DNA of 64,000 nucleotides from Yuukianura sp. NJ FZ-2021 (Eukaryota): NCBI GenBank assembly GCA_046563655.1, contig CM102285.1, positions 5,704,001 to 5,768,000 of the forward strand, read 5' to 3'. Shown piece by piece: positions 52,802 to 64,000 of this stretch (position 1 is its first letter; each line of letters starts with the position of its first letter). The notes under the pieces were generated by a model. It saw only the letters and a program-made list of their open reading frames with translations, ran no database searches and was not told where the DNA came from. The position numbers and the translations under genes were made by a program.

Positions 52802-55800
52802 TTATTTCTTAACTTTGAACTTCTTAGCATGAAAGTTAAGCATATTAGACAATCGCTGAAGTCGCAAATAACATACTTCTTTCAGTCTAATTACATAAGT
52901 ATAAACTAAGGACTTTACTTCATACATGTAAATTAAACTGCACAGACCCAAGCAAAACAGAATCATGTAGAAACACGTAATAATATTTCCTGCTAAACTC
53001 AATTTTTGGGGGCGCCCTTTTCGCCATTTCGTTTTTTTGTGTTCGCGCATAATTGCCTCCCGTATCGTAGGTCTAGTTAACCGGACCCACCTTTCCCACA
53101 AATAATAAACACCAGAAGACATGAGTAATTGCAATTTTGCATACTTATGCCCATTCTCAGCATTAAAGTTGTATCCAAGCGTAGTTGTGAATAGTGGCTC
53201 AGTTCCTTTACGGAAATGTTTGTATTTGTCAACAGACTGTATTCCTTTACTAAGCATTCTGTTGTCGTAGTGTGCTAAGTATAAATTCAAGTCAGACTCC
53301 GGCAAAAGCAGTGCAATCCCGGAGCATAGGGAGAGCATCTGTGAAAGCCGCGTAAGCTCATCACCGATTTTGTTATTTTTTTCAAAGTATTCGAAATCCT
53401 GGAATACACCAATCATTAATGTTCGTGGAGTGTCTTTATGTTGTTCATTGTTGATGTAATATGTGTACCCGTTCGTCTTATCCCGCCACCTTCCTATAGA
53501 TGAAAAATCTAAGCACTTCATATTAGTTGTTTCAATAAAATGTAGGACTCGCCTCACAGCAGGATTTTGGGAAAATTCAACTGGGAGGGAACCAATCGGC
53601 TCAGAAACATAGTCCGAATACCTATTTTCACAAGAAAAAAGTGGAGCAAGTTCTCTGGGAAAATTTAAATGTCTATTCTGCCATGGATACTGTAAGTATA
53701 AGAATTTCATATACGAACTAAGATCTGTTCTTACTAGAAACTTTTCCAGCTGCCTAAATCTGTCGTATGTTTGCGTAATTGGTTTGCCAGTGGTCAAGTA
53801 AGACACTACGACACCCTTATATGCAATTGTCAGAACAACTGTCAACAACAGCCACAAACTAATAACAAAAATTCTCTGCCCTTTGGTAATCTTTTCCTGA
53901 AATTCTGAAATAATTTCTACAAGACTACTTAAAAATAAAAGAAAATAGTCTAAACAAATTTTAACTGAGCTTTGTAACTGAAACGTTGTGCGTGATTGAA
54001 TATGGATTGCCCAAGTAACAAAAAATGTGAGTAAAATTCCGGTTGACAGGATTGCACTCCAAGACGACGTGTCGTACGGTTTTGTATAAATTTCAAAACT
54101 TAGCCCGTCGGTTACTCCGTCACAAGTTAAGAAACTTATGTTTTCCATTCGTACAGGAACATAAAAAGCAGTTTTGTAGTAGTTGTCTGGCGGACCAAAT
54201 TCAAAACGCCGCCGCTCTCGGAGATCAAACTTCAAATCTCCATCTTCCCACTCCTTTACCCACACTTCACTAAACATCTCAACCTTGTCGTACAGAAGTA
54301 AGACTACATATTCTTGCAGCGTAAGGTACTTCACAGCTTCATTGCTTTTGAAAGGATTAAAAATCTCCGGTAAATACTCTCCGGTACTAACTTGGTATAC
54401 GTCAAATTGCGTCCAATTCTAAGAACAGACTCCCAAAGTGGGACCAGTTTTACTAGCTGTTTCAGCCCCATATTTACGATTGTGCTCATTGGATATTTTT
54501 GGCAATCGAAGCACAATGATGTATAGGAGATTACATATTCGTTCTTATTGGCGTTACTCCTGTGGTGATCATGCGCGGTGAGCTTGCAGAGGAATGCACC
54601 ACGCGATTGACCCAGTGCAGATGGGACCTTAAGCCCAGAACGACGGAAAACATGACTGAACATACCCACAAGCATAGATGGGCATCCTCAAAGAGGACGT
54701 CCTCAAATCCTCTATCCTCAATCGATTCCCGATCCTCAAGTACTCTTCTCCTCTATCCTCACTCGATTTCTAGTCCTCAAATCTTCAAAACCTCATCCTC
54801 ATTGGTATCCCAATCCTTAAAACCTCAAATCCTCTATCCTCAATCCCAATAATGTCCTCAAATCCTTAAACCTCTATCCTCAATTAAGTGAAAATAACTA
54901 TATATAAAGTTAGGTTCACCAAGTCAATTTTATTTCAGACTAATATTCAATTTAATTAACCTAACCTAACAGCGTCAGGAATACAGTAACTATCTTGTAA
55001 CGTAGACGGTTGATAACTTTTGCAGATGACGAAGATTCGATTTCTTGTACTTCCTCGTCATTAATCACGACAGGACAAACTCGGGTGTTGCCTGTTTTAA
55101 GTTCGACGACATGTTGTTCACTAACTAATTTAAATTAGATACACACCACTTCGGACTATACTATTGGCACTGGCAGCTGATGATACAAAAGAATAATAGT
55201 GAAGAGAAGAAATAGGATCAAAGCTCATGCTCAACTTTGAAACAACCGCGGTTGTTAGCGGGATGTCTGGGGATGTCTCATTTGACTCAATTTGCTAGGA
55301 ATTGCGAAATTGAGGAGTGCTCAAATACTCAATCCTCAAGTAAATTTGAATCCTCAACTACTCTAATCCTCTATCCTCACTTCATACTGTATCCTTAAAT
55401 ACTCAAAACCTCTATCCTCATTCAAAGTCCATCCTCAAAACTTCAATCCTCTATACTCTCCCCGGCCATCGGTCCTCAAATCCTCTATACTCAATCCTCA
55501 TCCAAAATCGCGTCCTCTTTGAGGATTTCGTCCTCTTTGAGGATTTTTTGAGTGAGGACGCCCATCTATGCCCACAAGTCTGTCAATATGTGCATTGGGT
55601 AGAATCAAGGTTCCATACCCGTCGTCTGAGCTAAAGCACGACTTTAAAGGCCCTCTGTATATCTGTGCCCTAAATGCCCTTTTGGGAAATATGAAAAAGA
55701 GTTGCTTGTATTGTAGTTTAACATTCCTCCTCATAGTGTTTCTAATCTTGTTGTCGCTATCAAACCCTTCACACTCCCTTCCCCGAAGCTGCATGTAGTA

Positions 55801-55980
55801 CAAGCTTACGGGAACCCCAAAACTTGAAGTAATTTCGTATCGTCGGACATTTTCAGCAATTACCACGTTGTCACTATGCGGAAACAGATTCATCAGTTCA
55901 TGCAGATTCTGAATGTAATAAGATTTTTTTGAAGCTGCAACAGGAAGTAAAGTGAAAACGACTAGGCAAAAAGATAGCAT
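52802..55980 (-). pseudogene. Divergent ionotropic-receptor-like membrane protein gene, disrupted by a MITE and a frameshift
   Basis: Signal peptide at 55980. iGluR/IR-like PYDTSSWSAI (TM1), WLLLTVVLTIAYKGVVVSYLT, MSSGVY..W and KLSL..IITCFY (last TM). The frame is restored across the MITE after removing it, but shifts near 54420. Confidence 0.7.
54673..55570. mobile_element. hAT-type non-autonomous element
   Basis: TIR CATAGATGGGC, 8-bp TSD CCCACAAG, ATCCTCA subterminal arrays. Confidence 0.85.
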
Positions 55981-56573
55981 AACGATTTGTACGGTCGGAG
56001 CTTGATGTAGTTCTTGATTTGGCCTTTGCTTTTCTCTTAAGATTTGTAGCTACTTAAAAGTGGCCTCAACTCTGAAGAACTAAACTAAATTCAACAACTT
56101 GTTGGTCAGTTCCTTTATATATATGACATCAATAAAATTTAGTTCACACCGACTGTGTCGCAGTCACGAAGTGATAAAAAGTATTGTTGGTATCAGTCTT
56201 CTGTTGAAACACGAAATGTCGAGATATTTAAAGGAGAGACAGGAGGTCAATAAAAATAACGGCAAAGAATGTTTTGTAGACATGGCAACGACTGAGAATT
56301 GAGAATTTACAACTACGTAATCATGAAAAACCCGAACGGGTGGATTCTTTACAATTGAAATTTTGCACAACTCAAGCTAACTCACAAATCACTGCGTTAA
56401 ATTTCAAAGAGAAACATTTGCGTTTTTTCTAAAATTGCCAGACGAAGTGGATGAGCCATTTTTGGCCTCAACTCTCAGATTGCCCCAACTCTTGGTGGCG
56501 TAATACGAAATTGTAAATTGTAAACAAGAAATTCGTGAACTCTGACCCAATCTTCTGGTGCATTTCCTGTATG

Positions 56574-56842
56574 GGTAGCACGCCATTGTATCAATTGAAT
56601 TGTATCAACTGCCATTGCATCAACTGAATTGTGTCAATTTGAATTGTATCAACTGGCCAATTGTATCAACGACTAATTGTATCAACGAGTGTAATGCTTA
56701 ATTTAGCTTAGGTTAGGTTAGGTTACGTTGGTTGATACAAGTAGCCGTTGATACAATTGAGCGTTGATACAATTCAAATTGACACAATTCAGTTGATGCA
56801 ATGGCAGTTGATACAATTCAATTGACACAATGGCATGGAACC
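56574..56842. mobile_element. Foldback MITE, Merlin/Mutator-like
   Basis: Long imperfect IRs starting GG..(G/C)CA.GCCATTG, TSD CCTGTATG, internal TGTATCAA repeats. Confidence 0.7.
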
Positions 56843-56858
56843 CCTGTATGATTGGTTA

Positions 56859-57117
56859 GGCGCTCAAAAAACTACGACCACACTTTTCGCATTAGCACAC
56901 GCTGTTCAGCAAAACATCGGACAAGTAGGTGACGAAAAGAGTACCCTTCGCCCAAAAAAACGTAGTGTTTCTGGATTTTCCCGAGGATTTCAGAAACATT
57001 TTCCGGAAAACCTAAGTTTTCTGCACGAAGGGTACTGTTTTCGTCACCTAGCTGTCCGATGTTTTGCTCATCAGCGTGTGCTAATGCGAAAAGTGTGGTC
57101 GCAGTTTTTTGAGCGCT
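56859..57117. mobile_element. Palindromic MITE (Harbinger-like)
   Basis: Near-complete inverted repeat GCGCTCAAAAAACT.CGACCACACTTTTCGCATTAGCACACGCTG with TTA/TAA flanks. Confidence 0.65.
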
Positions 57118-57177
57118 TAACCAGGAGTAGCACCAGAAGTCTTATGGGAAATTGCGTTTAAGCGAATCTGTCCATCC

Positions 57178-57587
57178 TAGTGCTTCAAGTTCGAACTTTA
57201 GAGTTCGAACTTCCGAACTCAAACCTGGCTGTTTTTCCAGGTTCGAAGTTCGAACCTCGGCCAAAAGAGTTCGAACTTACACGTCAATATTGGCAAATAT
57301 TCAACAATGCATAGATTTCAGCAAAAGCCGAGGAGTATTTATACAGAAAGTAATTTTAGTTCACTTTAAACCTATTGTTTTAAGTCAGTTTTTGAAAAAA
57401 AAATTCAAATACAGCGGGAATTCATTTCGGATGTGAATTGCGAAATTTATCACCCGTATCGTTTTTTCACTGCACCTTGCTTTTTGCATGTAAAAAAAGG
57501 TTCGAAAGTTCGAACTTGCTCTTCAGAAAGTTCGAACTTAGGTTCGAAGTTCGAACTTTTGATTTCGGGCCCGTACTTGAAGCACTA
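57178..57587. mobile_element. hAT-type MITE
   Basis: TIR TAGTGCTTCAAGT, TSD GTCCATCC, GTTCGAAC arrays. Confidence 0.85.
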
Positions 57588-57764
57588 GTCCATCCTAATC
57601 TTAATAATAATAATAAACCGGTTGTAAACCGCGCATAACGAAATAGCTCAAGCCAATGGATTGTTTTCCCCCAGGCGGGGAATGTGGGGGTGGGTACTCA
57701 CTCTTTTCCCCGTATTCTTCCCCGTTTCCCCTACATTCCCCGCCATTTTCCACACTCAAACGCC

Positions 57765-58255
57765 TCTCCCCGGGGGAGTGGGGGTGGGTTCCCCCCACTT
57801 TCCCGCCCCCCCGGGGGAGTGGGGGTGTTCCCCAACTTTTTCGCTCCGCACCCCAGGAAGCGCGGGTGTGTGTTCCGCCCACTTTCCGCCCCCGGGGGAA
57901 TGGGGGTGGGTTCCCCCCACTTTTCCGCCCCCCCGGGGGAGTGGGGGTGGGTTCCCCCCACTTTTTCGCCCCCCCCCCCGGGGGAGTGGGGGTGTTCCCC
58001 AACTTTTTCGCTCCGCACCCCAGGAAGCGCGGGTGTGTGTTCCGCCCACTTTCCGCCCCCGGGGGAATGCGGGTGGGTTCCCCCCACTTTTCCGCCATCC
58101 CCGGGGGGTGGGGGTGGGTTCCCCCCACTTTTCCGCCCCCCCCCCCGGGGGAGTGGGGGTGGGTTCCCCCACTTTTCCGCCCCCCCCCCGGGGGGAGTGG
58201 GGGTGGGTTCCCCCCACTTTTCGTGTGGGTGGGTTTCCCCTACTTTCCCCACCTG
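57765..58255. repeat. G/C-run-rich minisatellite (~40-45-bp unit, ~167-bp higher-order repeat)
   Basis: Repeated CCCCGGGGGAGTGGGGGTGGGTTCCCCCCACTTTTCCG; GGAAGCGCGGGTGTGTG recurs at ~57856 and ~58023. Confidence 0.9.
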
Positions 58256-58597
58256 GGATGCCTGCCTTATGAGAGAATGGGCAATGTAGCAGGCTTGCCT
58301 TGCCCATCTACACTGTATGTTAATATGTTGACCTTTGATCCCGGTTTTGACCCCCTTGGAGGGGTCAGAGACCGATGGTTCATATACCAAAGTTGTTCCC
58401 CTCAATGAGAGGAACAACGTTTGTTAGGGTCATTTTCCCGGTTTTATATTCAAAAGGTCAATGACCTTGACCTTTGACCCGGTAAAAGGTCACCTATCCG
58501 GATGACATGATAAAATTGAACTGGTATACACCATGACATATCAAACGATGAAAACCCGGATGAAATTGGTCCAGTAGTTTCTGAGTTATTGAGGCTC

Positions 58598-58632
<35 letters not shown>

Positions 58633-59269
58633 TGAAGCAGATTATTAAATAGCTTTCGCTATTTAATAATTAAATATCTTGACATTTCGTGAATTTCATT
58701 TACATTATTAAAGGAATATCTCCACATTTCGTGAAAAAGCTTTTTACTTAACCAAAGCAAAAAGCTTTTTGCACGATATCGAAAACATATGCTAAAAACA
58801 GAACATAAAATTAAATTGGTTTTTCATAAAACCTTACGTGTTAGGGTAAAAAAAATCCATTTTACGAAAGAGGAAAACATCCTCATGCAAGATTCTCATT
58901 TTAACTAGCAAGTTAATTAATTATTATAACTTTGGCGTCTTATAGCCAATAGCCATTCACAAGATGACACGTCTCCAAACATGTCTTATTTTGTGACCAT
59001 AAGCTGTATTGATTAGAATATCATTTTTTTGTTCACATGATTCGCTACGGGTGACACAAATATGTGACCTTTACTAACAAACATCAGAGATGGATGACAC
59101 ATATACGTGTTTTTCATATCGGTTTGAGAATACCGATTTCCATCTTCAAATTCAGAAGTTGAGATAACAAAACAGACAAACAAACATTTGTAGCGAAAGG
59201 GTTAACCCTTTGAAAGGTTTGGTTAACAACAGTCGACAATTTTTTTTCAAAATGGTGTGTACGTAATTA

Positions 59270-59608
59270 ACCTTTTGAGGCCTGAAATTTTCTGTTAGAT
59301 TGGATTTGTCCAACTGAAACTTGTCGATGATTTCTTCTCCAAGCGAAGCCGTCGCTTGCATTGAGAGTTTAATCAAGTCATTCATAGGTCCCGCGCCTTC
59401 TAACTTTTCGAATGAACTGTCTGAAAAAATAAAAACATCAAAAACTGAATTTATGAATAAAAACATAATGAAGAAAACAAATTCATACCGTCGTTCCTTC
59501 TCTGATGCACTTGTATAGTTGTTGTCCAGCAGATCGTCAAGTGTAAATGGCAAATCCAAATTTTCGGCACAGAGTATGATGTTTTCCATCTCAGAAAACG
59601 TCCGCATG
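59270..59608 (-). other. Possible spliced gene or transposon ORF fragment of unknown function
   Basis: Two coding-like segments separated by a GTATGA...TTTCAG intron (~59421-59488); no family recognised. Confidence 0.3.
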
Positions 59609-59801
59609 ATTTGAAATTCAAAAAAGTCTAGTATCTTGTTCGAAAACGCATGAAAGACAGCAAGGTGAGATAAAATTATGTAAGTATGTAGTGCCATTAT
59701 GGAATGTAGTAGTAGTTAGGTTTATTATAGGTTTATTAGGTTTAGGTTATAATTCAATTATTGAATGACCAGCTGACCGTATGCGGCAGTTCCTTCAAAA
59801 C

Positions 59802-60042
59802 GGAAGCACGCCATAATCTAAGCAACAAAAGTCTAAGCCCGCCAAAATCTAAGCATGATGTTACAGTGGATTTGGATTAGGTTTGGTTACTTAGGTTAGT
59901 TAGGTTAGGTCTGAATTAACGTTAGGTTAGGTTTGGTTAGCATAATTTCATTGCTAACTACGTAATTTAGCCTGCTTAGATTGTAGGTTGCTTTGATTTT
60001 GGCTTGCTTAGATTTTTGTCGCTTAGATTATGGCATGGACTC
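59802..60042. mobile_element. Foldback MITE related to 56574-56842
   Basis: Ends GGAAGCACGCCATAATCTAAGC / GCTTAGATTATGGCATGGACTC; TSD TTCAAAAC. Confidence 0.7.
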
Positions 60043-60224
60043 TTCAAAACCGGGTGAGAAAGCAAAGTCGTTTGTGAAACTCTGGAGCTGTTGCACCATC
60101 GACCGAGTCCACATCACCTTACCTAAATTACAAAATCTTATGGTGACAAAGTTATTAGAAATGGCAGCACGGCATTGGTTGAACTGAACTTCATTTTGAA
60201 GTTTGAACCGGAAAACGGAATCCA

Positions 60225-60805
60225 CTCTTAATGGGGACGCCTACGATCAGCAAGCTAATTTGCTTCTGATCACGTTACCAGAAAAATAGTCCTACAGGCG
60301 ATCAGATTGGCGTCAAATTTATGCTAACAGGAATACTCTAAACAACGATGTACTACCATAGGAAAAAATTCAGTGCTACGTACAGATTTGTAGACCAAAC
60401 ATTTCCAGCCCGCAAGAAAACAGAATCCATTCTTAAGGGGGACGCCTACGATCAGCAAACTCATTGCTTCTGATCACGTTCCTAAAAAAGTACTCGAGGC
60501 GATAAGATTGGCGTCAAATTTATGCTAGCGGGAATACGCTAAACAACAACGCACAACCATAGGGAAAAATTCAGTGCTACGTTCAGTTCTGTAGCCCAAA
60601 CATTTCCGGCACGCAAGAAAACAGAAGGGGGACGTCTACATGTGGCAAACCCATTGCTTCTGATCACCTTTCCAGAAAAGTAGTGCTCAACGGAATAAGA
60701 TTATCGGCAAACTTGTGCTGACAAGAGTACACTAAACGGCGACGTACAATCATATGGAAAACTCAGTGCTACATTCGGTTTTGTATTCCGAACATTTTCG
60801 GCCCG
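60225..60805. repeat. Three diverged ~195-205-bp tandem repeats
   Basis: GGGGACG(C/T)CTAC...TTGCTTCTGATCAC...TCAGTGCTAC recurs at ~60233, ~60437 and ~60627. Confidence 0.85.
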
Positions 60806-60986
60806 CTGTGCAAGTCTCAGTGCGACAAGCTAATAAATTGGAAATAAGAAAGAAATAAGATTCGTGCGAATTGAACAAGTAGAAGAAAATACGTTCTTTA
60901 TTGAGTGCAAAGTTAATCAGTAAACGTCTTACAGAAGTTCTGGAATTAACATTAAATTTTCCTAATTAAAATACAGGAGAAGCTGT

Positions 60987-61096
60987 AATATACAAACTAA
61001 AAACCTCATCCAATTCCCCACTCCCGCTCATGGGGCCTCAAACGAGGCCCCACTGGAGGGAGTGTAGAAATGGAGGAGGTTTTTAGTTTGTATATT
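60987..61096. repeat. Short inverted-repeat element
   Basis: AATATACAAACTAAAAACCTC ... GAGGTTTTTAGTTTGTATATT. Confidence 0.65.
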
Positions 61097-62221
61097 CCCT
61101 AGTAACCAAAGTTGGTACCAAGTACGTACGCCGCTTCCCTAGTAACCAGATACCGCGATGGTACGTACGCCAAAGGTGCAACAAGAAGCGGAATCGTCTC
61201 AGATTTTAGGGCCCGTTGTGGTGCGTACCGCTTACATACTGCTTCTCGCAAAACTTTCTCCAACGTACAAGGCGTTCGCGGTACGTTCCATTATCATCTC
61301 GGAAAAACATGTGTTTTAATTCTTTTTCCCCAAAGTTTAATTAACGAAACAGAAAGCAAATGGAATGTATATTTCGCAACAAAACTGATAGTTTCCATGC
61401 ACAAATTTCTTTTCAAGTTAAGAACTATTAATCTATTACAAATTCTTATCAATCATTAAGTATTCAGGCACGAATAATTAATGCTTGATAGGAACCGACT
61501 ATTGCTAGGATACTACTAGCCTGAACCGTTCATTAGGACGGTGAAAATAACAATGTTATCGTGAGAAATTTTGAAAATTTGAAAACAAAATTTCGAATCC
61601 CGAACTTTCAGAATTCAGAACAATATAGTCAATGAAACCCTCATAACAACAAAACATGACATTTGGCGTAGTGGAGTAGGAGACAGGTAAAAAATAAGGT
61701 ATGCGCAGCGAAGACATGAGTTCGAATCAATGGGAGGAGAAGGAGTTTTTTTTTCTGTTGCGTACCAAGAACGTCCTATGGGTGTCCCACCGAGGTTTTC
61801 CTAGGACGGATTTGGTACGTAACCAGCTAGGTCATTTGGTGGACAATGCGTTGCAACCCGTGCGTACCCCAAATGGTCCAGGGGCGTTCTTTGCTTCGTC
61901 TCATCTAAAACATTGAGACAACAGCTTCTCCTGTAAACCTAAGCTGGTATACATACCTTTAAAGCAACAAGGTCAAAGTTGTGTTTACAAAAATAGACCA
62001 TGAAATAGGATTTGTGAAGACAGACGCAAAATAGGTCCAGAAATTCCAGAGTTGTTACAGCTACAGACACGCAGAACGACAGACGGACAGATAGATTTTA
62101 GTAAAAAATATAAAGTAGCATACTACTCCCGCTACTTAAAAGGCAAGGCTAAGGTTGATTGAGCATAAAGAGTGACTACCTCTAATCGACGAATTTCCGC
62201 CTGCGCAAAAACAGATCTTAT

Positions 62222-63959
62222 TCAAAATGCACACAGTAGATCGACGACATTTGCGATAATGATATCTTGCATGACAGATGGGAATGTGGATTCGCTGATG
62301 TAAGTAGTCGATGAAATATTTGTACGGATTGGACGCAACGCCAGGAGAAATTTGTCTTGGATTTTGGATACTTTTCGAGTTTTGGAGCGGATGAAAGTTT
62401 TGCGGAAATCGCTTGTACTTGCGAAAATGCTCGCCGACATGTCCATGAATATTTTCATCATTGTCATAATAGCAATAATGAATCCAGTTGCCAAGGTTGA
62501 TTCAAAGAAGCCGCATTCCGGTGCACAGTAGATTGTGCAGAATAGCATTTCGATTATGCAAATGTATCCAATGACCATCACAGCTCCAAGATAATTCTGC
62601 ATTTCGATGTTGAATTCTTGGAACAAAAGTTGCGCCACTTGGTATTGACGCAATGGCGCAACATCGTTTTCGTCATGGTTGGCTCTGTAAAGCAAAAAAA
62701 GAAGCAATGGCACGCGTAGCACAAAATAGGTACAGACTAATCCGCTGATTCGCTGATGGGATTCCGCCTTAAGTTTCGCGGACATATCACTTGCGTCCAA
62801 TCATGGAATCCGCGGGATAGTCCAATGTTCCTTGACAACGAAAAGTTAATTTTCTTTAACAGGTTGGGTTGCGCTTTAACAGGCGCTTGTTGACGAAAAA
62901 AACAACACAAAAAATAGTATCAATAAAGTATTACCCACCCAAAAATTGGTACAACCTCGTACGCAAAATTTAAAAAAATTAGCAGTATCGTTATAACGAT
63001 ACGATAACGATCGTGGTCATATATGACCACGATGCCCCGAAATGAAAGGATTACTTTTTTTTGTAAAATCGAAAAAAACATAAGCTATTACCCAACCTGT
63101 TAAAGAAAATCAAAAGTCAACAAACCTTGGGAATAGGCTGTCCCAAATTGAAAATGTAAATGCACATGCACAAATGTATATACATGGGTATACCGTGTAG
63201 CCAGGTCAGGAATGATGACATTGGCAGCTCGAAGCGCCATCAACGGCATGCTGATGGCGAACAAGAACAGGAAGTCGATGAATACGACAACCAACATGAT
63301 CACACTGAAAACGCCAACGGCGATTTCATAGTAACTCCCAAAGACTTGTATCGTTAAAAATCGGGCCAGTTTCATAGCATGAGTCTCCGTTTCAAAGTAT
63401 ATGAAAACGACAAAGGGCACGAGCGCCAATGACAACGACAACATCATCAGCAGTGGCCGGATAACTTTGGCTGGATCGGCTTCCTTTTGCGCATCTTCCG
63501 GGACATATTCTATGACGGTAATTTTAAACCGATTTTTAAAAAATTAAGAAAAAGTGTGCTTAAAAAATACCAACTAGTCTTACTCAGTAGTTGCATGAAT
63601 TCCATGACTTTTTTGAAAAAACTTGCCACAGCGTCGTACTTTAAGAGCGCCAGAAATTGGAATACCAAGCATCCGCTTATCATTATTACAAGACCGGAAG
63701 CCTCGATGCGATCTTTAGTAGGAATGTCCGGTACGGTTCGGTCATATACAGCGATTGCGAGGATAGTCAAGAAGTGGACGCCAATCAATACGCTAATACC
63801 GATTCGGAATCGATAGCGGTTTGACGGATTCATGACTATTTTGACCACTGTTTCGCCAGTCGTATCGTTCTTTGTAAATGTAAAGAAATACGGAAAAAGA
63901 CCCAGAGAGCTTCCAACGTTCCAATAGTTGAACAATATCAAGGCTTGTTCAAAAACCAT
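62222..63959 (-). CDS. Multi-pass membrane protein, gustatory/7TM chemoreceptor-like, three exons
   Basis: Exons 63959-63584, 63509-63194 and 62684-62222 have GT/AG sites. There are about seven hydrophobic helices; GLFPYFF lies near the N-terminus and LRPIR..TF...II..V.LL at the C-terminus. Confidence 0.65.
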
Positions 63960-64000
63960 TTCGGTCGTTGTTCTCAACCGAGGAACCTTACTGGTATATC

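Noticed and set aside
57601..58417. Six overlapping Gly/Pro-rich ORFs of 175-250 aa
   Set aside because: Artefact of a stop-free GC-rich tandem repeat.
60225..60805. Periodic repeats considered as a CRISPR-like array
   Set aside because: Whole ~200-bp units are repeated with no unique spacers, there are no cas genes, and the context is eukaryotic.

Overview
Eukaryotic (animal) genomic DNA with short spliceosomal introns, divergent chemoreceptor genes and many transposons; the gene types suggest an arthropod, possibly a springtail-like hexapod (inference only). Two systems stand out. (1) A six-exon gene (32105-45518, about 1380 aa once reassembled) encodes an N-terminal J domain, a long helical region, a conserved central domain, a Gly-rich linker and a C-terminal domain carrying the motifs of bacterial polymorphic-toxin RNase Ntox17. 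It is invisible in the ORF track because a young BEL/Pao LTR retrotransposon (38516-45014, apparently identical 371-bp LTRs, GGAGG TSD) sits inside exon 5. (2) A very large Ty3/gypsy element (gag 11457, pol to 17755, PPT, and a ~2.4-kb 3' LTR from 24910) carries a gB-type class III env plus three tandem, apparently secreted, truncated env paralogues, each preceded by a splice acceptor. No 5' LTR is visible in the window, so the upstream F-box genes and a spliced antisense gene may be cargo of a >27-kb element. The rest contains pogo, hAT, Harbinger and Merlin-like non-autonomous elements, a dynein heavy-chain pseudogene fragment, a disrupted ionotropic-receptor-like gene, a gustatory-receptor-like gene and tandem repeats. 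All family assignments are from motif recognition by eye, not database searches.
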